Position numbers and translations under genes: made by a program
NCBI GenBank assembly: GCA_035577265.1
Contig: DATLVR010000119.1
Coordinates: 68,436 to 132,435, forward strand
Source of the DNA: Verrucomicrobiia bacterium
GTDB taxonomy: Bacteria; Verrucomicrobiota; Verrucomicrobiia; Limisphaerales; UBA11358
Reading direction: 5' to 3'
Length of the DNA stretch: 64,000 bases
Notes under the pieces: generated by a model
What the model saw: the letters and a program-made list of their open reading frames with translations, nothing else
Database searches by the model: none
What the model was told of the DNA's origin: nothing
Shown here: piece by piece, positions 1 through 10,493 of the stretch
How positions within the stretch are numbered: position 1 is the stretch's first letter
Layout of the letters: every line of letters starts with the position of its first letter

Positions 1-3000
1 GGGATTGGAACAATACCGGATCTTATGTCATAGATACCGGCGGGGCTGCTCAAAAACTGGATCTTCAGAGAAATAATGATGTTCCGAGTTCATTGGCGGT
101 TCCGGCCACCGGCACAGTGGCTATTTGGGTGGGCGGATTTGACGGCTCGTTAAAATATGTCGGTCAGATTACGTCTGCCTCGAGTAATATCGTCAGCAGT
201 GCGGATACTCAGGGCAACTTTAACATAAACCGGATCGGCGTTGGCGGTCGTTTCGACGGTCCGGACGGCAACGGCTCAAGCAAATGGCCCGGCGAAGTCG
301 CGGAAGTTCTTGTTTACAACTCGTGGCTGGCTGGTTCGGATCGTGCCGCTGTCTTGAATTATCTCTCAAACAAATGGATAAGCGCTTCCTATCCCTTGGG
401 GCCGGTCGCCTCAACCAGTTCGGCTTTCACGGTGGATACCGCAGCATTGTCCATCACGGCCAGCAATCAGAGCAAGGCGTATGGACAGGCAATGACGTTT
501 GGCAGTGGCAGCACGGCGTTCACTTCCTCCGGCCTGGTTAATGGCGAGACCATCGGCACGGTGACATTGGCCGTGGACAACAATGGCGATCTGGGCACCG
601 CGCCGGTCGGCGGCAGCTACACCATCACGCCCAGCGCGCCCACTGGCGGCACGTTCTCAGCGGCCAATTACAATATCGGTTATACTAGCGGCACGCTGAC
701 GGTGAATCCGGCGGCATTGTTGATCACCGCCACGAACCAGAGCAAGATATATGGCCAGACGGTGACGTTCGGCAGCGGCAGCACGGCGTTCACATCGAGT
801 GGATTGCAAAACAGTGAGACGATCGGGTCGGTGACACTCGCTGTGGACAACAATGGCAACCTGGCCACCGCACCGGCCGGTGGCAGCTACACCATCACGC
901 CCAGCGCGGCGGTGTTCGCTACGGGTTCGGACGCCAATTACACGATCACCTACGCCACCGGCTTGTTGACAGTAAACAAGGCGACGCCAACGGTCACAAC
1001 GCCGCCGACAGCAGGCACGATTATTTATGGTCAGACCCTGGCTGATTCCATTTTGAGCGGCGGTGCAGCAACGAATGTGAACAACGGCGATTCCGTCGCC
1101 GGTAACTTCGCCTTCACCACCCCGGGCATCGCGCCACTGGCGGGAAGCCCGAACGTGTCGGTGACCTTCATGCCGACGGACACGGCTAATTACAACCCGG
1201 CCATGGCCACGACGAGTGTGATGGTGAATCCGGCAGTGCTGACCATCACGGCCAGCGACACGAACAAGGCCTATGGCCAGACGGTGAGCTTTGCCGGGAC
1301 GGAATTCACGCCCGCCGGACTGATCAACGGTGACAGCGTGACGAATGTGACGCTGGACAGCGACGGGGCGACGAACACGGCCTTGGCGAACACCTATGCG
1401 ATCACGGTCACCAACGCCATGGGCAACGGCTTGGCGAATTACGTCATCAATTATGTCAATGGCACGTTGACGGTTAGCAAGGCGACGCCGGTGTTAACGG
1501 CCCCGACGGCCGCGGCGATCACTTACGGCCAGACCCTGGCCGATTCCATTTTGAGCGGCGGCACGGCGACGAATGCCAACAACGGCGATCCAGTCGCCGG
1601 CAGCTTCGCCTTCACGACGCCAGCCACCGCACCGAGTGTGGGCACGGCTCCGCAGGACGTGACTTTTACCCCGACGGACACCGCCAATTACAGCAATGCC
1701 ACCACCACGGTCAGCGTGACAGTCAACTCGGCCTGCTCGGTGCCGACCATTGTGGGTGGGATTGATCCGAATGGCACAAACGTAACGGCTTTCAGCCTGG
1801 TGGCGTTTGCCTTGACCAACGTGACAGGCACGATGCCGGTGGCTTATCAGTGGCGCAACAATGATGTGGACATCGTTAACGCCACCAACAGCAGCTACAC
1901 GAACCTGTCGCTCACGGTGGCTGACGCCGGCAATTATGTGTGCGTGGTGAGCAACGACTGCGGTGCGATCACCTCCAGTATCGTGGTATTGACGGTCAAC
2001 CCGCAAACACCGTTGATTGCGACGGCACCGACGGCGACGACAAGCATCACCTACGGGCAGACCTTGTTCAACGCGGGCTTGACCGGTGGTTCCGTCACCA
2101 ATGCCGAGGGGGCGACCGTGACCGGGACATTCGCCTACACGAGTCCTTCCGCCACGCCGAATGCGGGGACGGCTTCGCAGGGTGTGACCTTCACGCCGGA
2201 CGACACGGTCAACTACACCACCGCCGCAACCACGGTCAGCGTGACGGTGAACAAGGCGACGCCGACGGCGACACTGGCCGTCAACAATTCGCCGGTGACG
2301 TATGGCGGCCTGGGCGAGGCGGCGACGGTGAGCGTCACGGCAAGCAACACGCCGGGCGCGGTCGCGAACATTCTGACCGGCGGCACGGCCAGTCAGACCA
2401 ACGCCGGAACCTATGTGGTGACAGCGGACTATGTGCCGGACGACACGGCCAACTACAACACGCTGACCGCGGTTGCCGCCGGCAATTTCATCATCCAGAC
2501 CGCTCCAGCCTCGGTGACGGCGAACAGCGCGAGCAAGACCTACGGCGACGCGAACCCGGCGCTGACGGCGGCGACCGCAGGGACAGTCAACGGCGACACG
2601 TTGAACTACACTTTGGCGACGGATGCGACGCAGTTCTCGAGTGTGGGTGTCTCCAACATCACGGTGACCTTGGGCAGCAACCCGAACTACAGTGTGTTGG
2701 CAACCAACAGCACGCTGACAATCAGCGCGAAGACGGCATCGGTGACGGCGGACAACGCAACCAAGATTTATGGGCAGACGATCACCTTTGCTGGAACGGA
2801 GTTCACGACCAGCGGGTTCGTGGGCGGTGATACGGTAACCAGTGTGACGCTGGCCAGTGACGGAGCGGTGAATACGGCGGCGGTGAACGATTATCCGATC
2901 ACGGCCAGTGCGGCAGCTGGCAGCGGGCTGGGCAACTATAACATCAGTTATGTGGACGGCACGCTGGCGGTGACTGCGGGCACACCGCTCACGATCAATA

Positions 3001-3212
3001 CGCCGGTCATTCTGGTGGACGGCAACGTTCAGTTGACCTTTACCGGTGGTGATGCCGGGGTGAGCTACGAAATTCAGGCCAGCACGAACTTGAGCAACAC
3101 GGTTTGGAACTCGCTGGTCACCAATACGGCGGGCATCAGCGGTCTGTCCAGCTACACGGACCTGGACGCGACCAATCATGCCATCCGGTTTTACCGGACG
3201 GTGACGCCGTGA
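1..3212 (+). CDS. Secreted surface repeat protein, 5' end outside the window. Contains a LamG-like region, tandem MBG-type repeats, one Ig-like domain and a C-terminal W...FYR module.
   Basis: The frame of ORF 93..3212 stays open back to nt 3 (DWNNTGSYVIDTGG...), so the start lies upstream. Units of ~90 aa recur (ITASNQSKAYGQ..TFGSGSTAFTSSGL.NGETIG.VTLAVDNNG...YTITPSA...NY.I.Y..GTLTV). YQWRNNDVDIVNATNSSYTNLSLTVADAGNYVCVVSNDCG looks Ig-like. The protein ends ...NHAIRFYRTVTP. Confidence 0.85.
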   Translation, partial: DWNNTGSYVIDTGGAAQKLDLQRNNDVPSSLAVPATGTVAIWVGGFDGSLKYVGQITSASSNIVSSADTQGNFNINRIGVGGRFDGPDGNGSSKWPGEVAEVLVYNSWLAGSDRAAVLNYLSNKWISASYPLGPVASTSSAFTVDTAALSITASNQSKAYGQAMTFGSGSTAFTSSGLVNGETIGTVTLAVDNNGDLGTAPVGGSYTITPSAPTGGTFSAANYNIGYTSGTLTVNPAALLITATNQSKIYGQTVTFGSGSTAFTSSGLQNSETIGSVTLAVDNNGNLATAPAGGSYTITPSAAVFATGSDANYTITYATGLLTVNKATPTVTTPPTAGTIIYGQTLADSILSGGAATNVNNGDSVAGNFAFTTPGIAPLAGSPNVSVTFMPTDTANYNPAMATTSVMVNPAVLTITASDTNKAYGQTVSFAGTEFTPAGLINGDSVTNVTLDSDGATNTALANTYAITVTNAMGNGLANYVINYVNGTLTVSKATPVLTAPTAAAITYGQTLADSILSGGTATNANNGDPVAGSFAFTTPATAPSVGTAPQDVTFTPTDTANYSNATTTVSVTVNSACSVPTIVGGIDPNGTNVTAFSLVAFALTNVTGTMPVAYQWRNNDVDIVNATNSSYTNLSLTVADAGNYVCVVSNDCGAITSSIVVLTVNPQTPLIATAPTATTSITYGQTLFNAGLTGGSVTNAEGATVTGTFAYTSPSATPNAGTASQGVTFTPDDTVNYTTAATTVSVTVNKATPTATLAVNNSPVTYGGLGEAATVSVTASNTPGAVANILTGGTASQTNAGTYVVTADYVPDDTANYNTLTAVAAGNFIIQTAPASVTANSASKTYGDANPALTAATAGTVNGDTLNYTLATDATQFSSVGVSNITVTLGSNPNYSVLATNSTLTISAKTASVTADNATKIYGQTITFAGTEFTTSGFVGGDTVTSVTLASDGAVNTAAVNDYPITASAAAGSGLGNYNISYVDGTLAVTAGTPLTINTPVILVDGNVQLTFTGGDAGVSYEIQASTNLSNTVWNSLVTNTAGISGLSSYTDLDATNHAIRFYRTVTP

Positions 3213-3853
3213 GTTGAGGTTAATTTGAAGGACTTGGTTTTGGGTTCCGTCACAGAGACCGGATGCGGTTTTCGGATTGGGGTGGGTGGTGGCGTCAGGG
3301 ACGGCGTCGCCACTCGAACCCGGCAGAAAAGAGCAGACGATAACAATATGATGACAATTTTAATCGCGCTCTCGTTGGCGGCGGACTGACGGCAGATCCA
3401 GCCCGTTGTCATCGCCCGGCAATTTTAATGGGACGGGACGTGGACGCTGTTAACTGCCAGGAAACCTTTGATCTTAGCCGGAACCATGCGTTGAATTAAC
3501 CACGAAATACACGCGCGAAAGCCGGAACGATTGGCTCGGTATGGCGCGGAAGCAACCGGCACCAAATCGGTAAACTCGGATTTGAAACCTGCAAGCGTGG
3601 ATGTTGGCCTTCCCGGGCCTTGGCTTTCCTTTTGTGTGTTTCGTGGTTGAACGGAATTCTTCCGGCTTAGCGCCAAAGTTACCTCCGGCCTGCGAGATGA
3701 GGAATGAGGACGCAATTCGTGCGGTGTGGACAAATGACGCCCATTCCAAGTTCCGAAGCGCGCATGTGACTTTGCCGCCCTAAACCGCTTTAGGTTTCAG
3801 ATCTCCAGTTTGGAGCGCAAAGACAAAGCGGACGACCGCGATAAAACCAAAGA

Positions 3854-5182
3854 CTATGCCAGCTTCCAAGGCTCACGGTATTCTCGCGTGAGCCACGCGG
3901 TTTCTCCGGTGCCTCCCACAAACTGCTCGTGGGCCGGATCCCACTTGATTAATTTCCCGTGGAAATAGGCGAGATTGACCAAGTTGCAAACGGTTGCCGA
4001 GCGTTGACCGGTTTCAACATCGCAAATGGGTGGCTTGCGGGTTTGAATGCTGGTCAACCAATCGCTCAGATGATTGTTGCTGCGATACAGGCGAACGGCA
4101 TTTGTGGGCAGCATCTCCTTCAGCAGATTGATGTAACTATCCAGATTTTCCGCCTTAAGTTGATCGCCAATCCAAAGTTGGAATTTGCCCCGGTTGACAT
4201 AGATCTTGCCTTTGTCCCCGTAGAATGTGATGCCGTTGCCGTCCACGTGCGTGACCTCCAGACCTGTAGCATAGCGCAATCGAACCCCGTGTGTGGCCTT
4301 GGGTGTTTCGGCGGGGATGATCTCCACCGGCCCCGTGTTATCAAAGCCGAACGCCCATTGCACAATGTCGAAATGATGAGCGCCCCAGTCCCCCACCATG
4401 CCGGCGGCGTATTCCGTGTAGTTACGCCAGTTCGGAAAACCTTTATGAACACCGCGCGGACTCAGGATCGAGTTATACGGACGCATCGGTGCGGGACCCA
4501 GCCAAAACCCCCAATCCAATCCCGGTTCATCCGGTTCGCCAGGCAGATCGCACGGACGGGGCGGACCGCCGACGGCCACGTCCGCCTTGTTCACGGTGCC
4601 GATCACTCCGTTGCGAACCAGTTCGCAGGCCGCCCGGAATTCGGCGGACGACCGCTGCATGCTGCCAACCTGCAGCACCCGCTGGTGGGAACGCACGGCA
4701 TTCACCATGGCTCGTCCTTCAAGAATCGTGTGCGCCATCGGCTTCTCGCAGTAAACATCCTTGCCCGCCTGAACCGCGGCGATGGCAATCAGGGCATGCC
4801 AATGATCCGGGGTCGCGATGACGACCGCATCAATGTCCTTTCGGGCCAGCAGTTCGCGAAAATCATTGTAGCCGGCGCAACCTTTGTAGGTGCCCGCCGC
4901 GGTTGCTTCCGCATAACGGCCTTCGACAATTGATTTCGCATTTTCCCGGCGGGTGGTGTCCACATCACACACGGCCACCACGCGAACGTCGTTGCGGCCG
5001 ATGAATCCTTGCATCAGTCCCCGGCCTTGTGTCCCCAGTCCAATGAAACCCAGGGTAATCTGGTTGTTCGAGGCATTCTCAGCCGCCCACAGACCAGAAC
5101 GCAGGATCAGCGGCGCGGCGGCGGCAAGTCCCGCGCACTGGATAAATTTGCGACGTGAAATGGAGGAGTTCATTTGTTGCAT
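3854..5182 (-). CDS. Tat-exported Gfo/Idh/MocA-family oxidoreductase
   Basis: Twin-arginine leader SISRRKFIQCAGLAAAAPLIL. Rossmann motif LGFIGLGTQGRG, then CEKPM, as in Gfo/Idh/MocA enzymes. The track start at 5212 is TTG; ATG candidates lie at 5194, 5182 and 5173. Confidence 0.9.
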   Translation of the reverse strand: MQQMNSSISRRKFIQCAGLAAAAPLILRSGLWAAENASNNQITLGFIGLGTQGRGLMQGFIGRNDVRVVAVCDVDTTRRENAKSIVEGRYAEATAAGTYKGCAGYNDFRELLARKDIDAVVIATPDHWHALIAIAAVQAGKDVYCEKPMAHTILEGRAMVNAVRSHQRVLQVGSMQRSSAEFRAACELVRNGVIGTVNKADVAVGGPPRPCDLPGEPDEPGLDWGFWLGPAPMRPYNSILSPRGVHKGFPNWRNYTEYAAGMVGDWGAHHFDIVQWAFGFDNTGPVEIIPAETPKATHGVRLRYATGLEVTHVDGNGITFYGDKGKIYVNRGKFQLWIGDQLKAENLDSYINLLKEMLPTNAVRLYRSNNHLSDWLTSIQTRKPPICDVETGQRSATVCNLVNLAYFHGKLIKWDPAHEQFVGGTGETAWLTREYREPWKLA

Positions 5183-5271
5183 TTTTAAAACCATAACCAA
5201 AAGGCCGGACAAATACCAATACCCGAAAACGGGGATGGCACCCGCCTTCGGTATTCGAACAGAAGCCGGAT

Positions 5272-6150
5272 TCAGTTTTTTGTCCCAGCCGCCAGCCCGG
5301 CACAGGCAGAATTGAAGAATTTTACCGACTCGGCGATTTCCGGGCTGGAATTTTCCCAGTGGTATTCATATTCGACGCAAATGGCGCCGTGGTATTGCTG
5401 CCGCTTGAGTTCTTCCAGCAGCGCCTTGGAATTACAGACGCCGGTGCCCCAGGGAACATCGTGCGTTCCCGGCGACTTCTCCGCGAGGTCTTTGAAATGC
5501 ACGGCCAGCACATGGCCGTCATATTTTTTCAAACACTCGACCGGATCCAATCCTGAACGGACCCAATGGCCGACATCCGCGCACGCGCCCATGAGCGGCC
5601 CGCGACCCTTGATGGCGGCCAGCACCGTGTCGGGATTCCAGTAATACGAAGGCTTGGGATGATCGTGAATGGCGACCTTGATGTGGTATTCTTTGCAAAG
5701 CTTCTCCACCAAATCCAACGCTTCGTCCGCCGGCTCGGCCACGAGCGTATCAATGCCCCACTTTCTCGCGAACTCGAACACTTTCCGGCTTTTCACTTCG
5801 TTGGTGGTCAACTGCACGACGCCCAGGTTGACGAACGGCCAGCTGATGCCGGCGGAAAGCATCCTGGCCTTGATCGCTTCCATGTCCTTGTCAGCCAGGC
5901 CGACCGAGCTGACGGGTTTGGCGTCCTTGTCCAGCAGGACGCTTCCCGAAAGGCTCATCTGCTTGACGCCCAGCGCGGCGGTCTTGTCGATGGCGTCATA
6001 AATGGTGAACAACCGGAAGGTGTAGGAATGAACCGCCAGGGTCCAACCGAGTTTTTCCGCGGCAGTCGGTGGCGGCGCGTCCGCCGCGCGCACCGCGGCG
6101 AACGCGAGGATGATGGCGAGGAACGTGAATGATAATTTTTTCATAGTCAT
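5272..6150 (-). CDS. Secreted sugar phosphate isomerase/epimerase-like protein (xylose-isomerase-like TIM barrel)
   Basis: Signal peptide MTMKKLSFTFLAIILAFAAVRA. Body motifs HSYTF..., KVAIHDHP, ADVGHW, HFKD and CVEYE are typical of AP_endonuc_2/xylose-isomerase-like barrels. The start was moved to the ATG 22 nt after the upstream stop. Confidence 0.85.
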   Translation of the reverse strand: MTMKKLSFTFLAIILAFAAVRAADAPPPTAAEKLGWTLAVHSYTFRLFTIYDAIDKTAALGVKQMSLSGSVLLDKDAKPVSSVGLADKDMEAIKARMLSAGISWPFVNLGVVQLTTNEVKSRKVFEFARKWGIDTLVAEPADEALDLVEKLCKEYHIKVAIHDHPKPSYYWNPDTVLAAIKGRGPLMGACADVGHWVRSGLDPVECLKKYDGHVLAVHFKDLAEKSPGTHDVPWGTGVCNSKALLEELKRQQYHGAICVEYEYHWENSSPEIAESVKFFNSACAGLAAGTKN

Positions 6151-6172
6151 TTTCGGGACGTTAAATGGAGCG

Positions 6173-7537
6173 TCAGACCTCGGGTTTCCAGCCTGGCGCA
6201 TAATCGCGCTGCCAGAGTTTCATGGCGTCGGCATCGTCCTGAATGTGACCGTTCGTGTTGTCCAGATGCAGCGCGCGTCCGGTGCGCCAGGCGATGTTGC
6301 CAAGCTGGAGCATGGTCACGCTCTTGTTGGCTTCGAGGATGGGCGAGTTCAGCGGAACATCCAGCCGGATGGCATCCATGAAATTTTTGAAATGCAGGGT
6401 GTCAAGATTCGCCCCGGTGCTGCTGAGCGTGTTGGTGGGATCGGCAACTTCGCTGCTTTTCAACTGTTTCATGATCTTCCCGGCCTTGTCGTAAATGGTG
6501 CAATTATCTCCTTCCAGCAGCGCCGAACCTTCGGTGCCGTAGATCATGACGCCGCGGCTCAATCCATCAATCGGGTAGTTGTTGCAACTGCGCCCTTCCC
6601 AGGACATGGACTTGCCCCCGGCAAAATCCCAACTGATCACTTGGGTGTCGGGCGTTTCCCAATCGTCTTGAAATGCGTAACGCCCGCCGTTGGACGTGAC
6701 GCGTGATGGATAATCAAGCCCCAGTGCCCACCGGCAGACGTCCACTTCGTGCGTGCCGTTGTTGAGCGCCTCGCCGGTGCCATAACGCCAGAACCAATGC
6801 CAGTTGTAATGGATGAGATTGCTCAGGTAAGGCTGGCGCGGCGCCGGGCCCTGCCACAATTCATAGTCCAGCCATTCCGGCACGGCGGCCGGTGTTCCAT
6901 GACCGATGGAGACGCGGTTGTTGACATACCAGCAATTTCCGAAATACGCCTTGCCGATGATGCCTTCGCGGATCGCCTTGACGGCATTCTGTGTGTTGGG
7001 AAAGGAACGCCGTTGGTTGCCCATCTGGCAGAGGCCCCCGGTTTTTTCCACCGCTGCGATGAGCATTTCCCCTTCGCCCGGATTATGGCTGCACGGTTTT
7101 TCCACGTAAACGTGCTTGCCGGCCTGGAGCGCGAGAATGGCCATCGGCGCGTGCCAGTGGTCGGGGGTCGCAATCGTGACGACATCAATGCTTTTGTCCT
7201 CGAGAATTTTCCGGAAATCCTTGACGCCCTTCGGCTCGGTTTTCTGATTCTTGAGGGTCGCTTTGACGCCTTTCGCGATCGCACGATCGTCCACGTCACA
7301 GATGTGGGTGATCTCCACGCCCGGCAGACTGGTGAGGCATCCCACATGGGCCAACCCGCGCCCGTTCGTTCCAATCACGGCGGCGGTGATCTTGTCGTTC
7401 GGCCCCAGTTTGCGCCGGACGATCGGCGCCTGCGCCTTGGCGTTTGCAACTGAACCGAAATAGCCGGCCATGCCCAGGCCGATGCCGACTGCGCCCGCTT
7501 GTTTCAAAAAATTCCGACGATTGATGGAGTCATTCAT
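6173..7537 (-). CDS. Tat-exported Gfo/Idh/MocA-family oxidoreductase (paralog of 3854..5182)
   Basis: MNDSINRRNFLKQAGAVGIGLGMAG is a Tat leader. AAVIGTNGRG is a Rossmann motif, followed by VEKPC. Same strand as, and tightly spaced with, the two genes downstream. Confidence 0.9.
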   Translation of the reverse strand: MNDSINRRNFLKQAGAVGIGLGMAGYFGSVANAKAQAPIVRRKLGPNDKITAAVIGTNGRGLAHVGCLTSLPGVEITHICDVDDRAIAKGVKATLKNQKTEPKGVKDFRKILEDKSIDVVTIATPDHWHAPMAILALQAGKHVYVEKPCSHNPGEGEMLIAAVEKTGGLCQMGNQRRSFPNTQNAVKAIREGIIGKAYFGNCWYVNNRVSIGHGTPAAVPEWLDYELWQGPAPRQPYLSNLIHYNWHWFWRYGTGEALNNGTHEVDVCRWALGLDYPSRVTSNGGRYAFQDDWETPDTQVISWDFAGGKSMSWEGRSCNNYPIDGLSRGVMIYGTEGSALLEGDNCTIYDKAGKIMKQLKSSEVADPTNTLSSTGANLDTLHFKNFMDAIRLDVPLNSPILEANKSVTMLQLGNIAWRTGRALHLDNTNGHIQDDADAMKLWQRDYAPGWKPEV

Positions 7538-7581
7538 AAAATGGTTGGTCTGATTGTGCGTTATGTTTTGTCAAAAATAAA

Positions 7582-7878
7582 TCAATGGTTGCGCCGAGTC
7601 GGGGTTAACATTGACCGAGAATCCACCAAACCGGCTGCCAGCGCAATCGCACAAAAGGATGACGGATCGTTCGACGGGCGCAACGCTGCTTTCAGTTGGC
7701 CCGCCGTCCGATTCACTGACAGCAACTTGTCAAAAAACCCAGTGCGTCCGGCTCTGAGTTGCTCGATGAGACAATCCTTGCCTTGGTTCGCAATTTTCAA
7801 ATCCATGATTTCAAGCTCTTGAAGCTTCTGGCCAGCCACCAGGCCAGCCATCCTTCCGGGATGTTTCACCTGTGCCAC
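7582..7878 (-). CDS. Hypothetical 98-aa protein with a coiled-coil-like centre, possibly a gene remnant
   Basis: This is the only ORF in the 600-nt gap 7538-8147. The LQELEIMDLKIANQGKDCLIEQLRAGRTGFF stretch looks protein-like. No family was recognised and no partner gene is present. Confidence 0.25.
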   Translation of the reverse strand: MAQVKHPGRMAGLVAGQKLQELEIMDLKIANQGKDCLIEQLRAGRTGFFDKLLSVNRTAGQLKAALRPSNDPSSFCAIALAAGLVDSRSMLTPTRRNH

Positions 7879-8147
7879 GGAACTTCCGAACCATTCCGAA
7901 GCGGACGCATCGGCTGGTTCGTTGCCGTTCAGGTTTGCAGCAAAATCCTAATTTCAATCCAATCCAAACCCAATACCCGTAAACGGGTATTCTGAGACGT
8001 TCACGTTTCAAAGTATGCTCAATTTCCTCCAGTCAGAAACTGGTAGGAAAGCCATCAAATTTTAATGAATCAGTTCACCCGCATCCCCCCGATTAACGCT
8101 CATGATGGTTTGCCTTCAAATGAGCCGCCAAGTTGGCTTTGATATTT

Positions 8148-10394
8148 ATGAGAAACCTTGTTGTGGCGGTGATTATTATTGGAATTGATTGCTCCCCTGT
8201 TTGCCGGGGAGCCATGCTCCAGCCTGTGGATGAAGCCCTCCCGATGGTTGGCACGGGCGGACATGGCCATGCCTTTCCCGGAGCCACGGTGCCGTTCGGG
8301 ATGGTGCAGTTAAGTCCGGACACCCGCACCCACGATTGGGATGCCTGCGCCGGCTACCATTACTCCGACAATACCATCATGGGATTCAGCCACACCCATT
8401 TATCTGGAACCGGTATTCGGGAATATGGCGACTTGCTCGTCATGCCGGTCACGGGCCCATTGAACGACGGTGCAGGTGACCAGTCATTGGCCGCCAAACG
8501 ATTTGTTTCCGGCTTCTCACATGACCGGGAGTTGGCGCAACCTGGCTACTATCGTGTGCTGCTCGACAAATATGACGTCGTGGCCGAACTGACCGCCACC
8601 GCGCACGCCGGCATGCACCGCTACACGTTTCCCGCCTCACCACAAAGCCACATCCTGCTCGACCTGGTGCACGGCTTGGAAAATAAACCAACGGCGGCGT
8701 CTTTGAATATCGAGCGCGGCAACTTGTTGACCGGCTTTCGGCGTAGCGACGGCTGGGCCAAAAACATTGTCATCTACTTCGCAATTGAAAGCTCCCAGCC
8801 GTTCAAGTCGTTCGGGCTGGAACTGGATGGGAAGCCGCTATCGACAGGTGCAACCCATGCGGAAGGCAGGGAAATCCGCGCGCATCTGGATTATGAAACC
8901 GCCGCCGGGCAGCAGATTCTTTTGCGCGTCGGCCTTTCACCCACCAGCGTCGAAGAGGCGAAGAACAATCTGGCGGCGGAAATCCCCGCGTGGGATTTTG
9001 ATGCCGTCCGCCTGGCCGCCCGGAACACCTGGAACAAGCAGCTCTCACGCATCCAGATCGAATCGCCCAATCCCCAGATTCGCCAGACCTTTTATTCCGC
9101 GCTCTACCACACGATGACTGCGCCAACCCTCTACAATGACAGCGACGGTTCTTATCGCGGCGCGGACGGCGCCGTCCACACCAACGCCGCGTTCCAATAC
9201 TATTCCACCTTCTCACTGTGGGACACGTTCCGCGCCGAACATCCCCTGCTCACTTTGACCCAACCGGAGCGGATCAATGATTTCATCCGATCCATGCTGG
9301 CATTCTACCAGGAATCGCCCGATCACTCGCTGCCGATGTGGCCGCTGGCCAGTTATGAAACCTGGTGCATGATCGGCTACCATTCGATGCCGGTCATTTG
9401 GGATGCTTACCGCAAAGGGTTTCGCGGCTTTGACACCGGGCTGGCGTTCCAGGCGATGCGTGAAACCGCGCTGGGCAATCGCAACCGGCAGGATGAATAT
9501 GCCCGGAAAGGTTATGTCTCATCTGAAACCGGTCAACATTGGCGGGGTGCGGCCCGCACCCTGGAATTTGCGTATGACGATTGGTGCATCGCCCAAATGG
9601 CGGCAGCACTTGGCAAAACCAATGATGCGGATCTTTTCACCAGGCGTGCAGAGAACTTCACAAATATTTTCGATCCGGCCTCAGGATTTTTCCGTGGCAA
9701 AACCGCCGCCGGTCCCTTTCGCGAGCCATTCGATCCGAAGGCGGTGAATGGTGATGACTTTGCCGAGGCCAATGCCTGGCAATATACGTTCGCCGTTTTT
9801 CACGACGTGCCCGGCATGATCCAGCTGTATGGTGGGAAGGAAGCGTTCATCCGCAAGCTCGACGAACTGTTTGATCAGGAATCTGACATTCATAATCACC
9901 AGGTGGATATTTCCGGATTGACCGGTCAATACGCCCACGGCAATGAACCCTGCCATCATGTCCCTTATCTTTATGCGTTGGCGGGCGCGCCCTACAAAAC
10001 CGCGCCTCGCGTGCATCAAATCATGCTCACGCAATATGACAACACACCGTCGGGCATCTGCGGCAACGACGATTGCGGCCAGATGTCCGCCTGGTATGTC
10101 TGGAGCGCCATCGGCCTCTATCCCGTGAATCCGGCGGACGGAAAATACATTTTTGGCAGCCCGCTCATGGAAAAAGCCACCATCCAACTGGATCCGAAAT
10201 TTTATCCGGGCGGCACATTCACCATCGTCGCTCACCATGTTTCCAATCAGAACATTTACATTCAATCCGCCAGGCTCAACGGCCGGATGCTGAACCGGCC
10301 CTGGATTACCCACGACGAAATCACCCGCGGCGGAACCCTGGAATTTGAAATGGGAAATTTGCCGGACAAGACGTGGGGAACCGGTGTGAATTGA
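8148..10394 (+). CDS. GH92-family alpha-mannosidase
   Basis: The N-terminal motif GTGGHGHAFPGATVPFGMVQLSPDT is the hallmark GH92 motif, and the ~750-aa length fits. The track start at 8133 is TTG. The ATG at 8148 gives a signal-like start, MRNLVVAVIIIG. Confidence 0.9.
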   Translation: MRNLVVAVIIIGIDCSPVCRGAMLQPVDEALPMVGTGGHGHAFPGATVPFGMVQLSPDTRTHDWDACAGYHYSDNTIMGFSHTHLSGTGIREYGDLLVMPVTGPLNDGAGDQSLAAKRFVSGFSHDRELAQPGYYRVLLDKYDVVAELTATAHAGMHRYTFPASPQSHILLDLVHGLENKPTAASLNIERGNLLTGFRRSDGWAKNIVIYFAIESSQPFKSFGLELDGKPLSTGATHAEGREIRAHLDYETAAGQQILLRVGLSPTSVEEAKNNLAAEIPAWDFDAVRLAARNTWNKQLSRIQIESPNPQIRQTFYSALYHTMTAPTLYNDSDGSYRGADGAVHTNAAFQYYSTFSLWDTFRAEHPLLTLTQPERINDFIRSMLAFYQESPDHSLPMWPLASYETWCMIGYHSMPVIWDAYRKGFRGFDTGLAFQAMRETALGNRNRQDEYARKGYVSSETGQHWRGAARTLEFAYDDWCIAQMAAALGKTNDADLFTRRAENFTNIFDPASGFFRGKTAAGPFREPFDPKAVNGDDFAEANAWQYTFAVFHDVPGMIQLYGGKEAFIRKLDELFDQESDIHNHQVDISGLTGQYAHGNEPCHHVPYLYALAGAPYKTAPRVHQIMLTQYDNTPSGICGNDDCGQMSAWYVWSAIGLYPVNPADGKYIFGSPLMEKATIQLDPKFYPGGTFTIVAHHVSNQNIYIQSARLNGRMLNRPWITHDEITRGGTLEFEMGNLPDKTWGTGVN

Positions 10395-10493
10395 TTTTCA
10401 CAGCCGGATCATGCCCGGAACCCGGCTCCAGCCAACGCACATGAATGGATGACGGATACCAATAATACAAGCGACGGCTGCGCGTCGTGAGGG

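Noticed and set aside
1494-3179. 561-aa minus-strand ORF, and the 296-aa plus-strand ORF at 1940..2830, inside the MBG-repeat gene
   Set aside because: These are Arg/Gly/His-rich low-complexity shadow frames of a GC-rich gene. The 93..3212 frame carries clear repeat-domain structure.
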